DNA of 18,737 nt. It comes from an uncultured Nitrospinaceae bacterium (GTDB lineage: Bacteria > UBA8248). A program made the position numbers and the translations under genes. This document shows positions 7,960-17,503 of this stretch, piece after piece. The stretch is taken from assembly GCA_964005815.1 (NCBI GenBank), contig CAXFSR010000055.1:1-18737 (forward strand). Direction: 5' to 3'. The notes below the pieces were generated by a model, which worked only from the letters and a program-made list of their open reading frames with translations, did no database searches and had not been told where the DNA came from. Numbering within the stretch: the first letter of the stretch is position 1; the number at the start of each line of letters is the position of its first letter.

Positions 7960-9633
7960 CTATTTATTCTTAACAGCATCTTTTCTTCTTGGACCTGGAA
8001 AAACATCTTGGTCTACAATTACTTCAACAATCACAGGAACATCCTGTTTTAAAGCTTCGCTATATGTATCTTCAAGATCTTTTATGTCATCAACACGATA
8101 TCCTTTTGCACCAAAAGAACGTGCATAGTCATCAAAACGTGGATTTCCTATTTGGTCAGCAACATAGCGGCCATCATAAAAATGTTTTTGATAAGCTCTT
8201 TCTGAACCAAGATTAAAATTATTCAAAACTACACAAACTGTATTGAGCCCTTCTCGAATGGCAGTCTCAATTTCAGAACCATTACACAAGAAAGCACCAT
8301 CTCCACTAATAGTAACAACTGGCCTGTCAGGACATGCAAGCTTTGCCCCAAGACCCAGAGGATATCCTACTCCAATTGCAGCAAGATCCTGTGGAGATAT
8401 AAAACTATGAGGACGATCAAATCTTTGATATTCGTATATATAACCAGCTGCGCTTCCAGCATCATTTGTCAAAATAGTTCCTGGTTCCAAAACCTTTGAT
8501 AGAGCCATATGAGCTCTTCTAGGATCTATAGGTTTCGCATTGAGTTCAAAAGCATTAGCTCTATGAACTTCCTGACTGTTTTTTACTTCTTCTGCTCTTT
8601 TTCTCCAATCAGGACGAGAATTGTTTTCCTGACCTAAACATGAATTTAAAGCATCTATAGCTAGCGAGGCGTCAGAACAAATCCCTATATCTGTCTTAAA
8701 ATTTCTTCCAATCACGCTTTGGTCAACGGCAATATGAATAAGTTTTGAGTTTTTAGGAATAAATTCAGATTTAAGAAAAGTACTAGAATGTGCTAATCGA
8801 GTACCAATTGCCAAAACAAGATCAGATTCTTCAAATAGTTCTCTTGCTTCTGGAATGGTTCCTCTGCCTATCGAACCCAAGAAAAGAGGATGTCTATTAT
8901 CAACAACATCATCTCTTCCAGTAGACGTCATGATAATAGCTCCAAGAGACTCAGCAAGAGTTAATAACTTCTTGCTAGCTGCTGACCATAGCACTCCACC
9001 TCCTGCAATAATAACAGGTTTCTTAGATTGGTTTAGAAGATTAACTGCATTATTAATAAGACTAGGATCAGGAGCATGATTTGGCCTGTCTACTTGCCAA
9101 AGATCTTCAGAAGGTTGAAAATCAACCAATTCATTCATGACATCTCTTGGAAGATCCACGTGAACAGGACCAGGAACACCAGAAATAGACATCATATAAG
9201 CTTCTTGGATAATTTCTCCTATCCTATCTGGCCTCCTTGCTTGTACTGACCATTTTACCATAGGCTTAAACATAGCGATTTGATCAAGTTCCTGAGTAGA
9301 GTCTCTGAATGTATCCTTCATCATTGGTGCACCAGTAATAACTATAACAGGGCTCTGTGCACCTTGTGCATGGGCTACCCCTGTAACTAAATTTGTTGCA
9401 CCTGGACCGTTAGTAGCCATACAGACACTTGGCTTTCTAGTTAGACGCGAATAAGCATCTGCCATTAGTGCTGCAGATTGTTCATGGCGGACAGTAAGGA
9501 AATGTATATCTTCTCTGCCATACATACCATCAAGAATTTCAATCATACAAGAACCTGCCATTCCTATTACATGCTGTACTTTTAGTTCAACCAGAGCTTC
9601 AATTACTGCATGTCCTGCTGTTATTTTGGCCAT
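7960..9633 (-). CDS. ThDP-dependent enzyme, sulfoacetaldehyde acetyltransferase (Xsc)/acetolactate synthase superfamily
   Basis: RHEQSA (catalytic Glu), GPGATN, QELDQ, PGPVHVDLPRD and the ThDP motif GDGA...NN. The start is re-assigned to ATG 9633 (MAKITAGHAVIEAL), which follows SD AGGAG. Confidence 0.88.
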   Translation of the reverse strand: MAKITAGHAVIEALVELKVQHVIGMAGSCMIEILDGMYGREDIHFLTVRHEQSAALMADAYSRLTRKPSVCMATNGPGATNLVTGVAHAQGAQSPVIVITGAPMMKDTFRDSTQELDQIAMFKPMVKWSVQARRPDRIGEIIQEAYMMSISGVPGPVHVDLPRDVMNELVDFQPSEDLWQVDRPNHAPDPSLINNAVNLLNQSKKPVIIAGGGVLWSAASKKLLTLAESLGAIIMTSTGRDDVVDNRHPLFLGSIGRGTIPEARELFEESDLVLAIGTRLAHSSTFLKSEFIPKNSKLIHIAVDQSVIGRNFKTDIGICSDASLAIDALNSCLGQENNSRPDWRKRAEEVKNSQEVHRANAFELNAKPIDPRRAHMALSKVLEPGTILTNDAGSAAGYIYEYQRFDRPHSFISPQDLAAIGVGYPLGLGAKLACPDRPVVTISGDGAFLCNGSEIETAIREGLNTVCVVLNNFNLGSERAYQKHFYDGRYVADQIGNPRFDDYARSFGAKGYRVDDIKDLEDTYSEALKQDVPVIVEVIVDQDVFPGPRRKDAVKNK

Positions 9634-9740
9634 GAATTCAAAATCTCCTAAAACTAAAATTTTAAGATTATTGTTTAGTCCCAATTTTAAGAATAATTAA
9701 ACAATTTCTCAACTTAGAAAGAAAAAAATGAAATAAACAC

Positions 9741-9800
9741 TTGACAAAAACCTTCGTTTTTTGTTTGTATTGTAATCGTATTTTATTCGCTTAATAGGAG
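9741..9800 (+). promoter_or_regulatory. lexA promoter/operator region: -35 TTGACA, four 11-bp direct repeats, SD AGGAG
   Basis: TTGACA at 9741-9746. Repeats CTTCGTTTTTT / GTTTGTATTGT / AATCGTATTTT / ATTCGCTTAAT at 9752-9795. SD at 9796-9800. The -10 element is not clearly resolved. Confidence 0.6.
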
Positions 9801-9805
9801 AAAAA

Positions 9806-10429
9806 ATGTTTTTAACTAAAAGACAACGTCAAATATATGATTACATTAAAAGTTTTATAGACGAACAAGGATATGCGCCTAGTATCGTAGAAATAGGTGA
9901 AAATTTCAATCTTACTTCACCTGCAACGGTTCATAAACACCTACAAAATCTTGCACAAAAAGGTATGATTAAAAGAAGTTGGAACAAAAGTCGTGCAATA
10001 GAATTAATGCCTGAAGTACTTCAAATTGAAAATACTTTGCCAGAAGAACGAACAACAAAGTTGCCGCTACGTGGAGTGATTGCTGCTGGCGGACTCTTGG
10101 AAGCAATAGAAGAAACTGAAACGATTCCTCTCCCATGGGCATCAGAAAAAAATAATCTATATGTTTTAAAGGTTAAAGGAAATTCCATGATAGAAGATCA
10201 CATTCAGGATGAGGACTACGTTATTGTAGAACAGAGACAAGCCGCACAAAATGGAGAAACTGTAGTAGCGCTTGTAGACAATTTAAGTGCTACTCTAAAA
10301 CGACTCTATTATGAATCCAACGGATGGGTTCGTCTACAACCATCAAATTCTTCAATGGAACCTATTATGATTGAAGAAGAACGTCTTCGTATACAAGGGG
10401 TTGTAGTCGGAGTACTAAGAAGATATTAA
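9806..10429 (+). CDS. lexA: SOS transcriptional repressor LexA
   Basis: Winged-HTH LTKRQRQIYDYI...GYAPSIVEIG..F..TSPATVHKHL..L..KG, Ala-Gly cleavage site (VIAAG), catalytic Ser (GNSM) and Lys (TLKR), C-terminal IQGVVVGVLR. Confidence 0.97.
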   Translation: MFLTKRQRQIYDYIKSFIDEQGYAPSIVEIGENFNLTSPATVHKHLQNLAQKGMIKRSWNKSRAIELMPEVLQIENTLPEERTTKLPLRGVIAAGGLLEAIEETETIPLPWASEKNNLYVLKVKGNSMIEDHIQDEDYVIVEQRQAAQNGETVVALVDNLSATLKRLYYESNGWVRLQPSNSSMEPIMIEEERLRIQGVVVGVLRRY

Positions 10430-10437
10430 TCAACTTT

Positions 10438-11361
10438 TTAAAACGAGAGAAGAATTAATATAGTTCCGATCACGGACATAAATGCTCCACCTATTAACTT
10501 CAAATTAATCTTCTCAATTTGATCCAAAAACATTTTTGAAACTAAAATCACAACCAGAGGTTGTAAGGCAGTTATAGAAGAAACATTAACAACTAAAGTA
10601 TAAGACAAAGCATTCGTGTAACATGGAATCGCAATCGTCTGACACACAGCAGCACAAATTAACCATTTCCAATTCTTTTTTGGAAATATTCTTTTATCTT
10701 TTTCCTTTGGTTTAAAAAAGACATACAACAACCAGGCAAAAACACATCCTATATTTATTACGAACATTGAAGTTGCAAAAGGTCCGTATTCTACAGGAAG
10801 ATCTTTAGAGATAGCCTTCAACATTGTCCCACACAAACTCCAATTCAATGTTGTAGCTCCAGCAGACAAGTAACCTAATATTATTCTTTTCTTTGATTTC
10901 AAATCCTTAGTATCTTGGAGAGAAACCGAGGAACGAACCACATAAATTACTCCTACCATCAAGACAGCAAGTCCTAACAACATTTTAAAAGTAATCGGTT
11001 CATCTAAAAAAAGGGAAGCTAAATAAGCACTAACTGCTGGAGTGCTTGCAGCAATTGGAATTGTTCTGCTAGGTCCTATTTGTCCAATAGCGTAATAATA
11101 TGAAAGCCTTGAGAGAGCAATCATCATAAAACCTGTGACAACTATTAATACATAAGTAGCAATAGAAGAATAAATCAGACTGTTTAAAGAAAAAGTAAAG
11201 AAGAATAAAATCGCAACAAAAATTCCATTTAAGGTAGAAGCAAGTGCGGCTACTTTTAATAATGGAGCATTCTGCATTGACAACCTTATAAAAAAAGACA
11301 GAGCCGCCCATGCAAAAAGAGCACCGCTTGAGTAAATAAATCCTAACGTTAAATTACTAAT
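10438..11361 (-). CDS. EamA/DMT family transporter; start extended upstream to a probable ATT codon
   Basis: Two EamA repeats (YYYAIGQIGPSR..PI...TP...LASLFLDE; YTNAL...SSITALQPLVV). The frame is open up to 11370 and encodes an additional N-terminal helix upstream of the annotated TTG at 11283. Confidence 0.8.
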   Translation of the reverse strand: MSNLTLGFIYSSGALFAWAALSFFIRLSMQNAPLLKVAALASTLNGIFVAILFFFTFSLNSLIYSSIATYVLIVVTGFMMIALSRLSYYYAIGQIGPSRTIPIAASTPAVSAYLASLFLDEPITFKMLLGLAVLMVGVIYVVRSSVSLQDTKDLKSKKRIILGYLSAGATTLNWSLCGTMLKAISKDLPVEYGPFATSMFVINIGCVFAWLLYVFFKPKEKDKRIFPKKNWKWLICAAVCQTIAIPCYTNALSYTLVVNVSSITALQPLVVILVSKMFLDQIEKINLKLIGGAFMSVIGTILILLSF

Positions 11362-11384
11362 TATAACCCCCTAAAATTTATCTA

Positions 11385-14177
11385 TTAGGAAACGTTCTTT
11401 AAAAACTCCTTCAAGTAGAGACCTGTCTTAGACAACTTGTTTTCCTGTATTTCTTCCGGTGTCCCCTGTGCAATAATACAGCCACCATTTTCTCCACCAT
11501 CTGGTCCTAAATCTATTACCCAATCTGAACGACTTATCATATCTAAATTATGTTCGATTACAACAACAGTATTTCCTAAAGAAACAAGTTTATATAAAAC
11601 TTTAATTAAATATTCTATATCTTGAAAATGAAGTCCAGTTGTAGGTTCATCCATTAAATATAAAACATCACTAGGAGGCTTAGAGGAAAGTTGTCCTGCA
11701 ATTTTTAATCTCTGTGCCTCTCCACCTGACAAAGTATTAACAGGCTGACCGATCCGAAGATATCCTAATCCAACATCCCTCAAAATATAAAGTTTTTTTA
11801 CAATCGAACTAACATTATGAAAAAAAATAATCGCCTCATCTACTGTTAATTGTAAAACCTGATTGATGTCTAAATCTTTATATTTTATTTCTAAAGCATG
11901 AGAACTAAACCTCTTACCCAAACAGTCAGGACAGGTTATAAAAAGATCTGCCATAAAATGCATTTCTATTTTTTGAACCCCACTGCCAGAACAACTGCTA
12001 CATCTTCCTCCTTGTGAATTAAAAGAAAAATGCCCAGGTGTAAAACCTAAAATTCTTGCTTTTTTAGTTTCTGCAAAAAGTTTACGGATTATGTCATAAG
12101 CTTTTAAGTAGGTAACTGGATTGCTTCTCGGACTCTTTCCTATAGGGTTCTGATCAAGTAAAACTACATCGTCTATGTTTTCATATCCTTCTATTCTCTT
12201 GAACCGACCCACTTGATCATTGGAATTTTTTAAAATACGAGAAAGAGCTGGATAGAGAACTCCATGAATTAAACTACTTTTTCCAGAACCCGAAACTCCA
12301 GTAACTGAAATAAGTTTGCCCATCGGAATGTGCAAGTCTACTTTCTTAAGATTATTTTCTTCAGCACCGTATAGAGACAATTTCTTATTGGTCTTTATAC
12401 GATTGGAATTTCTATGAACAGATATTTGTTTCTCTCGTGAAAGATACAAGGCTGTTTTTGATTTTTTATTCTTATGAAATTCTCTTTTCAAACCATCGAA
12501 GACTATTTCTCCTCCTTTTTCTCCCGCTCCTGGACCAAGATCAATAATGTAATCAGATTCTTCAATTACATCTCTGTCATGTTCGACGACCAAGACGGTA
12601 TTCCCCTGTTTAACAAGACCTTTGAGTATTTTAATTAAACGATGATTATCTCTAGGATGAAGGCCTATAGTCGGTTCATCTAAAACATATAGAGTTCCTG
12701 TCAAACTTGCACCAAGTTGTTTTGCAAGATTAATTCTCTGATGTTCCCCTCCACTTAGCGTCTTTGTTTCTCTTGAAAGAGTTAAATATTCTAATCCCAT
12801 ATCATGCAAAAATTGTATTCTATCTTGAATTTGTCTAAAAAGATCGGATGTCAAAACCGTATTTCTATTTGTTTTAGATAGTTTGTCAAAGAAAGTTTTT
12901 AAATCCATAATAGACATGTTACAAATTTCCCCTATTGTTTTTTTGTTTACTTCAAAATAATGCGCTTCGTTCTTTAGACGACTACCGTTACAACTAACAC
13001 AGCGATAGAGACTTTGATATCTCCTAATTAAAACCCGAACCCAAACCTTATATTTTCTTTTTTTTAATCTTTCAAAAAAAGGATTAATTCCCATTAAACT
13101 TTTTGAACCATTAAAAATCATTTTTTTATGTTTTTTACTAAGTTCTTTCCATGGCTTATATATATCCAAACCTTCATTTTTTGCTGAATCTAGAAGTTGC
13201 TTGCCAAATCTTTCTCTATAACGTGGCATTTTCCATGGCTGAACGGCTCCTTGAGCTAGAGTTAAACTTGAATCCGGAATTAACAAAGATTCATCTAGAG
13301 CTAGAGTATTTCCAAAACCACCACATTCAGAACATGCTCCATTTGGATTATTGAAACTAAAAAGAGTTGGTAAGGGTAATTGAAATCTTATACCACAACA
13401 TTCAAGTCTTTTGCTGTAACGAAGTAAAGGACCATCAACTATCTTAATTTGTGCGTACGAATCTCCTTCCATAAAAGCTATCTCAATTGATTCTGTAATT
13501 CTAGATTTATTCTTTTCTGAGAATTCTAATCGATCTACTACAACATAAAAGTTCTTATTATTTTCTGGAAAAATTCTTTCGAAATTCAAAGAATTATCGT
13601 GTAAATCAAGTGAATCTAGATCAATAATTTCTTCGTTTACAAGAATACGAAGAAATCCCTTAGATAAAATTGAAAAAAGATATTCCTTAACCTCCTCTAT
13701 TGAGTCGATTGCTTTTTCAAAAAGCACAAAACCTCTTGAGTCTTTATGATTTAAAAGAAGATTATTAATAATCCTGTCCTCTGTATCCTGCGAAACCATC
13801 TTTCTACAACTAGGACATCTCAGATCACTCGCTTTTGAAAACAACAGTCGTAGATAATCATAAATTTCAGATGCAGTCCCGACCGTAGATCTAGAATGAG
13901 TGACCGGGTTATGCTGCTCTATAGAAATCGAAGGATTAATACCATCTATAAAGTCAACATCAGGTTTGTCAATTCTTTCCAGAAATTGTCTTGCATATGT
14001 AGATAGACTTTCAACGTATCGACGATGTCCCTCTGCATAAATTGTATCGAATGCTAGAGAAGATTTACCTGAACCACTTGGACCCGTTAAAACAATTAAT
14101 TTTTCACGTGGTAGGTGTACAGAAATATTTTTGAGGTTATGTTCTCGAGCACCTCTTATTATAATTTCATCGCTCAT
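11385..14177 (-). CDS. uvrA: Excinuclease ABC subunit A (UvrA)
   Basis: GAREHNLKN, two Walker A motifs ([16 protein letters not shown]), two LSGGE signatures, LDEPTIGLH and [24 protein letters not shown], and Zn-finger CxxC pairs. Confidence 0.97.
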   Translation of the reverse strand: MSDEIIIRGAREHNLKNISVHLPREKLIVLTGPSGSGKSSLAFDTIYAEGHRRYVESLSTYARQFLERIDKPDVDFIDGINPSISIEQHNPVTHSRSTVGTASEIYDYLRLLFSKASDLRCPSCRKMVSQDTEDRIINNLLLNHKDSRGFVLFEKAIDSIEEVKEYLFSILSKGFLRILVNEEIIDLDSLDLHDNSLNFERIFPENNKNFYVVVDRLEFSEKNKSRITESIEIAFMEGDSYAQIKIVDGPLLRYSKRLECCGIRFQLPLPTLFSFNNPNGACSECGGFGNTLALDESLLIPDSSLTLAQGAVQPWKMPRYRERFGKQLLDSAKNEGLDIYKPWKELSKKHKKMIFNGSKSLMGINPFFERLKKRKYKVWVRVLIRRYQSLYRCVSCNGSRLKNEAHYFEVNKKTIGEICNMSIMDLKTFFDKLSKTNRNTVLTSDLFRQIQDRIQFLHDMGLEYLTLSRETKTLSGGEHQRINLAKQLGASLTGTLYVLDEPTIGLHPRDNHRLIKILKGLVKQGNTVLVVEHDRDVIEESDYIIDLGPGAGEKGGEIVFDGLKREFHKNKKSKTALYLSREKQISVHRNSNRIKTNKKLSLYGAEENNLKKVDLHIPMGKLISVTGVSGSGKSSLIHGVLYPALSRILKNSNDQVGRFKRIEGYENIDDVVLLDQNPIGKSPRSNPVTYLKAYDIIRKLFAETKKARILGFTPGHFSFNSQGGRCSSCSGSGVQKIEMHFMADLFITCPDCLGKRFSSHALEIKYKDLDINQVLQLTVDEAIIFFHNVSSIVKKLYILRDVGLGYLRIGQPVNTLSGGEAQRLKIAGQLSSKPPSDVLYLMDEPTTGLHFQDIEYLIKVLYKLVSLGNTVVVIEHNLDMISRSDWVIDLGPDGGENGGCIIAQGTPEEIQENKLSKTGLYLKEFLKNVS

Positions 14178-14205
14178 TATTTCAAATCTCTAAATAAAAG
14201 TTTGC

Positions 14206-14991
14206 TCAGATCGCATGGAGACGTCCACCATCTACCAACAGAACACTACCTGTAACATAACTTGCATCAGGAGAAGCTAAAAACGCTACCATCGCTCCAA
14301 ATTCTTTAGGCTCTCCATGTCGCTTTAAGGGTATACCTGCAGAAGAGTTTTCCAAAGCTTCCTTCAAAGAAATCCCTTCTTTTTCTGCAATTTTTTGTCT
14401 TCCTGAAATAAGACGATTCGTAAGAATTGTTCCAGGACAAACAACATTCACTAAAATATTTTCTGGACCAAGTGACTTTGAAAGTGATTTAGACAGTCCC
14501 GAAACTGCAGGACGCATCACGTTTGAAAGCAATAAATCTTCTATAGGTTCTCTAACTGAACTAGATAAAATAAAAATGATTCGACCATAATCTCTATTTC
14601 TCATATACGGTAAAGTTGCCCTAACTAGGCGTACTGCACTCAAAACATTAATTTCAAATGCAGAAATCCAAATATCATCTTCAAAATCATCAAAATATCC
14701 TCTTGGAGGACCCCCAACATTAGAAACTAAAATATCTATGCCACCAAAATGTTTTGCAGCACCAGAAACAAAATTATCTACTCCTTCTCTAGTACCTATA
14801 TCTGATACACAGCACCAGGTTTCAGAACCACTAATTTCGCGAATTTCATCTGCTGCCTCGTTGATTTCATCTTCATTCCTAGAACAAATAGCTACAGATG
14901 CCCCTTTTTTTGCTATTTCTAAAGCAGAAGCCTTACCTAAACCTTTACTCGCAGCTGAAACAAGAGCAACTTTTCCTTTTAAATTCTCCAT
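14206..14991 (-). CDS. Short-chain dehydrogenase/reductase (FabG-like SDR subgroup)
   Basis: KVALVSAASKGLG Rossmann motif, IDILVSNVGGP, VNVVCPG and FLASPDASYVTGS...VDGG. The canonical YxxxK is replaced by SNVMR. Confidence 0.88.
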   Translation of the reverse strand: MENLKGKVALVSAASKGLGKASALEIAKKGASVAICSRNEDEINEAADEIREISGSETWCCVSDIGTREGVDNFVSGAAKHFGGIDILVSNVGGPPRGYFDDFEDDIWISAFEINVLSAVRLVRATLPYMRNRDYGRIIFILSSSVREPIEDLLLSNVMRPAVSGLSKSLSKSLGPENILVNVVCPGTILTNRLISGRQKIAEKEGISLKEALENSSAGIPLKRHGEPKEFGAMVAFLASPDASYVTGSVLLVDGGRLHAI

Positions 14992-15031
14992 TTTTAAACT
15001 CCAGAGTTTTCAAACTATCGCAAAAAATATT

Positions 15032-15862
15032 TTATTTGTCATAAAAAACAATAAATGCAGGAACAGATCTACCATAAATGTTTTTTTTAAAAATTCCAGA
15101 ATTAATACTTAACTGGGAACTAGAACCCCCATCAAGATTTATAGCATCTATAACGGAAAAACCTATGTTTTCATGAGCAAAAATCTTTTGTAGTTCACAC
15201 CAAGAAACACCTCTATCATTTTCTTGGCTAACAAGAACAACAATCTTTCTATCCTTTAAAATAGATACTACAGTCCTTCTATTCGCTCTATTAAACTCTC
15301 TGTACTTATTTAATCCTTTAACCGGCTTTCCATTTTTAAAAAGATATGGACCTGCCTGTAAAACATCTCCAGGAATAGTCTTCCTAAAAAAATCACGATG
15401 ATAAATCATAATATGATTTGTCTTTTTGTTTATGTGTAAAAGAGCGCCAAAATGTAATGAACGACGAGTCCCTTTAAATAAAACTCTACTATTAAACGTT
15501 TTATTCCCACTTCTAAAAAAACCCATCGGACGGTAATTATGATCATAAAATCCAGCATTAATTATGATAGTAGCATTTAATCTCTTAACCAATTCGGATG
15601 CATTGATCATTAAATTTTTATTCTTTTGTAAATAAATTTGAGGTCTAAAGTTATTTGTTGAAAAACGAACTGCATATAGACGAGAAAAAGACATATCAGG
15701 AAAAAGAATCTTTATTTCTCGAGTTTCTAATTTACCGAGATGACTCTTAATCCACATATTTTTTTCAATAACTAATTCTTTTTCAAAACAACGTGCGAAA
15801 GTTTCTTTTGTGTGAAACATAATAAAAAAAATAATGAAAATAAAAATAAAAAAAAATTTCAT
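15032..15862 (-). CDS. Exported phosphodiester glycosidase (NAGPA/DUF2233) family protein
   Basis: Signal peptide, INAGFY, LQAGPYL, RRTVVS and AINLDGGSSSQL motifs. Confidence 0.8.
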   Translation of the reverse strand: MKFFFIFIFIIFFIMFHTKETFARCFEKELVIEKNMWIKSHLGKLETREIKILFPDMSFSRLYAVRFSTNNFRPQIYLQKNKNLMINASELVKRLNATIIINAGFYDHNYRPMGFFRSGNKTFNSRVLFKGTRRSLHFGALLHINKKTNHIMIYHRDFFRKTIPGDVLQAGPYLFKNGKPVKGLNKYREFNRANRRTVVSILKDRKIVVLVSQENDRGVSWCELQKIFAHENIGFSVIDAINLDGGSSSQLSINSGIFKKNIYGRSVPAFIVFYDK

Positions 15863-15874
15863 TTGGAAAAACTC

Positions 15875-17488
15875 CTAAAAACCAACTGCACATCCATCCC
15901 TACGATGATCAGAACCTGCTGCATAGACACCATTTGGTAAAACCATTATGCCTTGGCCACCCCCAAAACCCTCATAACCACCGGCACGAGAAACATTATG
16001 TCCAAATCCTCTTAATCCATCTAAAACATGATCAGGAACGCCTGATTCTATTGCTACGTTCTTGTCTCCTAAAAATCTAAATCTAGGAGAGTCAATTGCA
16101 TCCTGAATATCCATCCCAAAATCTACTATATTCGAAAGTACTTGCACATGACCCTGAGCTTGCATATCACCGCCCATAACTCCATAACTTAAAAATGGTT
16201 TTTCGTCCTTCATAACAAAACCGGGAATAATGGTATGAAAAGGTCTTTTGCCAGGTGCTACACAATTTGGATGACTTCGATCAAGATTAAAGCCAAAACC
16301 ACGATTTTGAAGTATAACACCACTATCAGAACCTGTTATTCCTGAACCAAAGTGCTGAAAGACACTGTTAATAAAAGAACACACATTTCCATCTCTATCG
16401 GAAGTTGTTAAATAAATTGTATCAGAAGAATTAAGTGGATTCCCCGGGTTAAAATTTGATGCCTTCTGTGGTTTTATTAATTTTTTTCTTTCTCTTGAAT
16501 ATTCTTTTTCCAGAAGAGATTTGATCGGGATTTTTTCGAAATTTGGATCAGCAATAAAACTGTCTCTGTCAGCAAAAGAAAGTTTCATAGACTCTATCAG
16601 TAAATGAAGATGTTCTACAGAACCATACCCAAAACTAGATAGATTGAAATTTTCTAATATATTTAAGCAAATGAGAGCTGTGACACCTTGAGAATTAGGT
16701 GGGATTTCATATAGTTCATAACCTCTATAATTTGTTTTTAGTGGTTCTACCCATTCAGATCTCATAGAATCAAAATCAGACTCAGACAATAGTCCTCCTT
16801 GTTGTCTAATATAACTAATGATTTTTTTGGTAATCTCACCTCTATAGAAAATATCTTTCCCGTAGACAGAAATTTTTTTAAAAGTTTCTGCAAGAAGTGG
16901 ATTTTTAAAAATAGTACCTACATCAGGCACACTTCCATTTGGCAAGTATATCTTCCTTGAAAAATCACATGACTTTAGCTTTTCTGTCTGATGGACCCAA
17001 GCATTTCGAATAATAGGGGAAACAGGAAATCCCTTTTCAGCATAATCAATCGCTGGTTCCAAAAGTCTTGCAAGAGTCATCTCTCCACTACCAAATTTCT
17101 CAAGACCTGTACACCAACCATCTAGAGCACCAGGAACCGTAATTGAAAGAGCCCCTGTTTCTGGCATATCTTTTAATCCCTTACTGTCAAAAAAATCCCA
17201 CGTCGCTTCTCTTCCTACTGCTCCACTTCCATTTAATCCATATAACTTCTGTTCATTTTCATTCCAATACATCATGAACATATCTCCACCAATCCCAGTA
17301 GATTGAGGCTCAACCACGTTTAAAACAGCTGCGGTAGTAATCGCTGCATCAATTGCATTTCCTCCTTCTTGCAGAACCTGCAACCCTGATTGAGCAGCCA
17401 AAGGTTGACTAGTAGCCACCATTCCATTATTGGAAAATACTGGGGATCGGCCTGAAGTTAGGGTGGTCTGAGCAATATGTTCAGTCAT
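15875..17488 (-). CDS. ggt: Gamma-glutamyltransferase-family Ntn-hydrolase (cytoplasmic YwrD/HpxW-like type)
   Basis: GMVATSQPLA, GGNAIDAA, VVEPQSTGIGGD, TVPG, autoprocessing site SSD/TIYL, FGSG, LQNRG, PGKRPFHTIIP, GVMGG..Q.QGH and GSDHRRDG. Confidence 0.9.
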   Translation of the reverse strand: MTEHIAQTTLTSGRSPVFSNNGMVATSQPLAAQSGLQVLQEGGNAIDAAITTAAVLNVVEPQSTGIGGDMFMMYWNENEQKLYGLNGSGAVGREATWDFFDSKGLKDMPETGALSITVPGALDGWCTGLEKFGSGEMTLARLLEPAIDYAEKGFPVSPIIRNAWVHQTEKLKSCDFSRKIYLPNGSVPDVGTIFKNPLLAETFKKISVYGKDIFYRGEITKKIISYIRQQGGLLSESDFDSMRSEWVEPLKTNYRGYELYEIPPNSQGVTALICLNILENFNLSSFGYGSVEHLHLLIESMKLSFADRDSFIADPNFEKIPIKSLLEKEYSRERKKLIKPQKASNFNPGNPLNSSDTIYLTTSDRDGNVCSFINSVFQHFGSGITGSDSGVILQNRGFGFNLDRSHPNCVAPGKRPFHTIIPGFVMKDEKPFLSYGVMGGDMQAQGHVQVLSNIVDFGMDIQDAIDSPRFRFLGDKNVAIESGVPDHVLDGLRGFGHNVSRAGGYEGFGGGQGIMVLPNGVYAAGSDHRRDGCAVGF

Positions 17489-17503
17489 TTATAGCCCTCA
17501 AAA

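Noticed and set aside
9634..9684. N-terminal extension of the ThDP enzyme from TTG 9684
   Set aside because: It contains the SD for ATG 9633, and family similarity starts at MAKITAG.
14992..15031. TTTG-N6-TTTG upstream of the SDR-uvrA genes as a LexA box
   Set aside because: It has a 10-bp rather than 11-bp period and lacks a TTCG core, and such sequence is common in AT-rich DNA.
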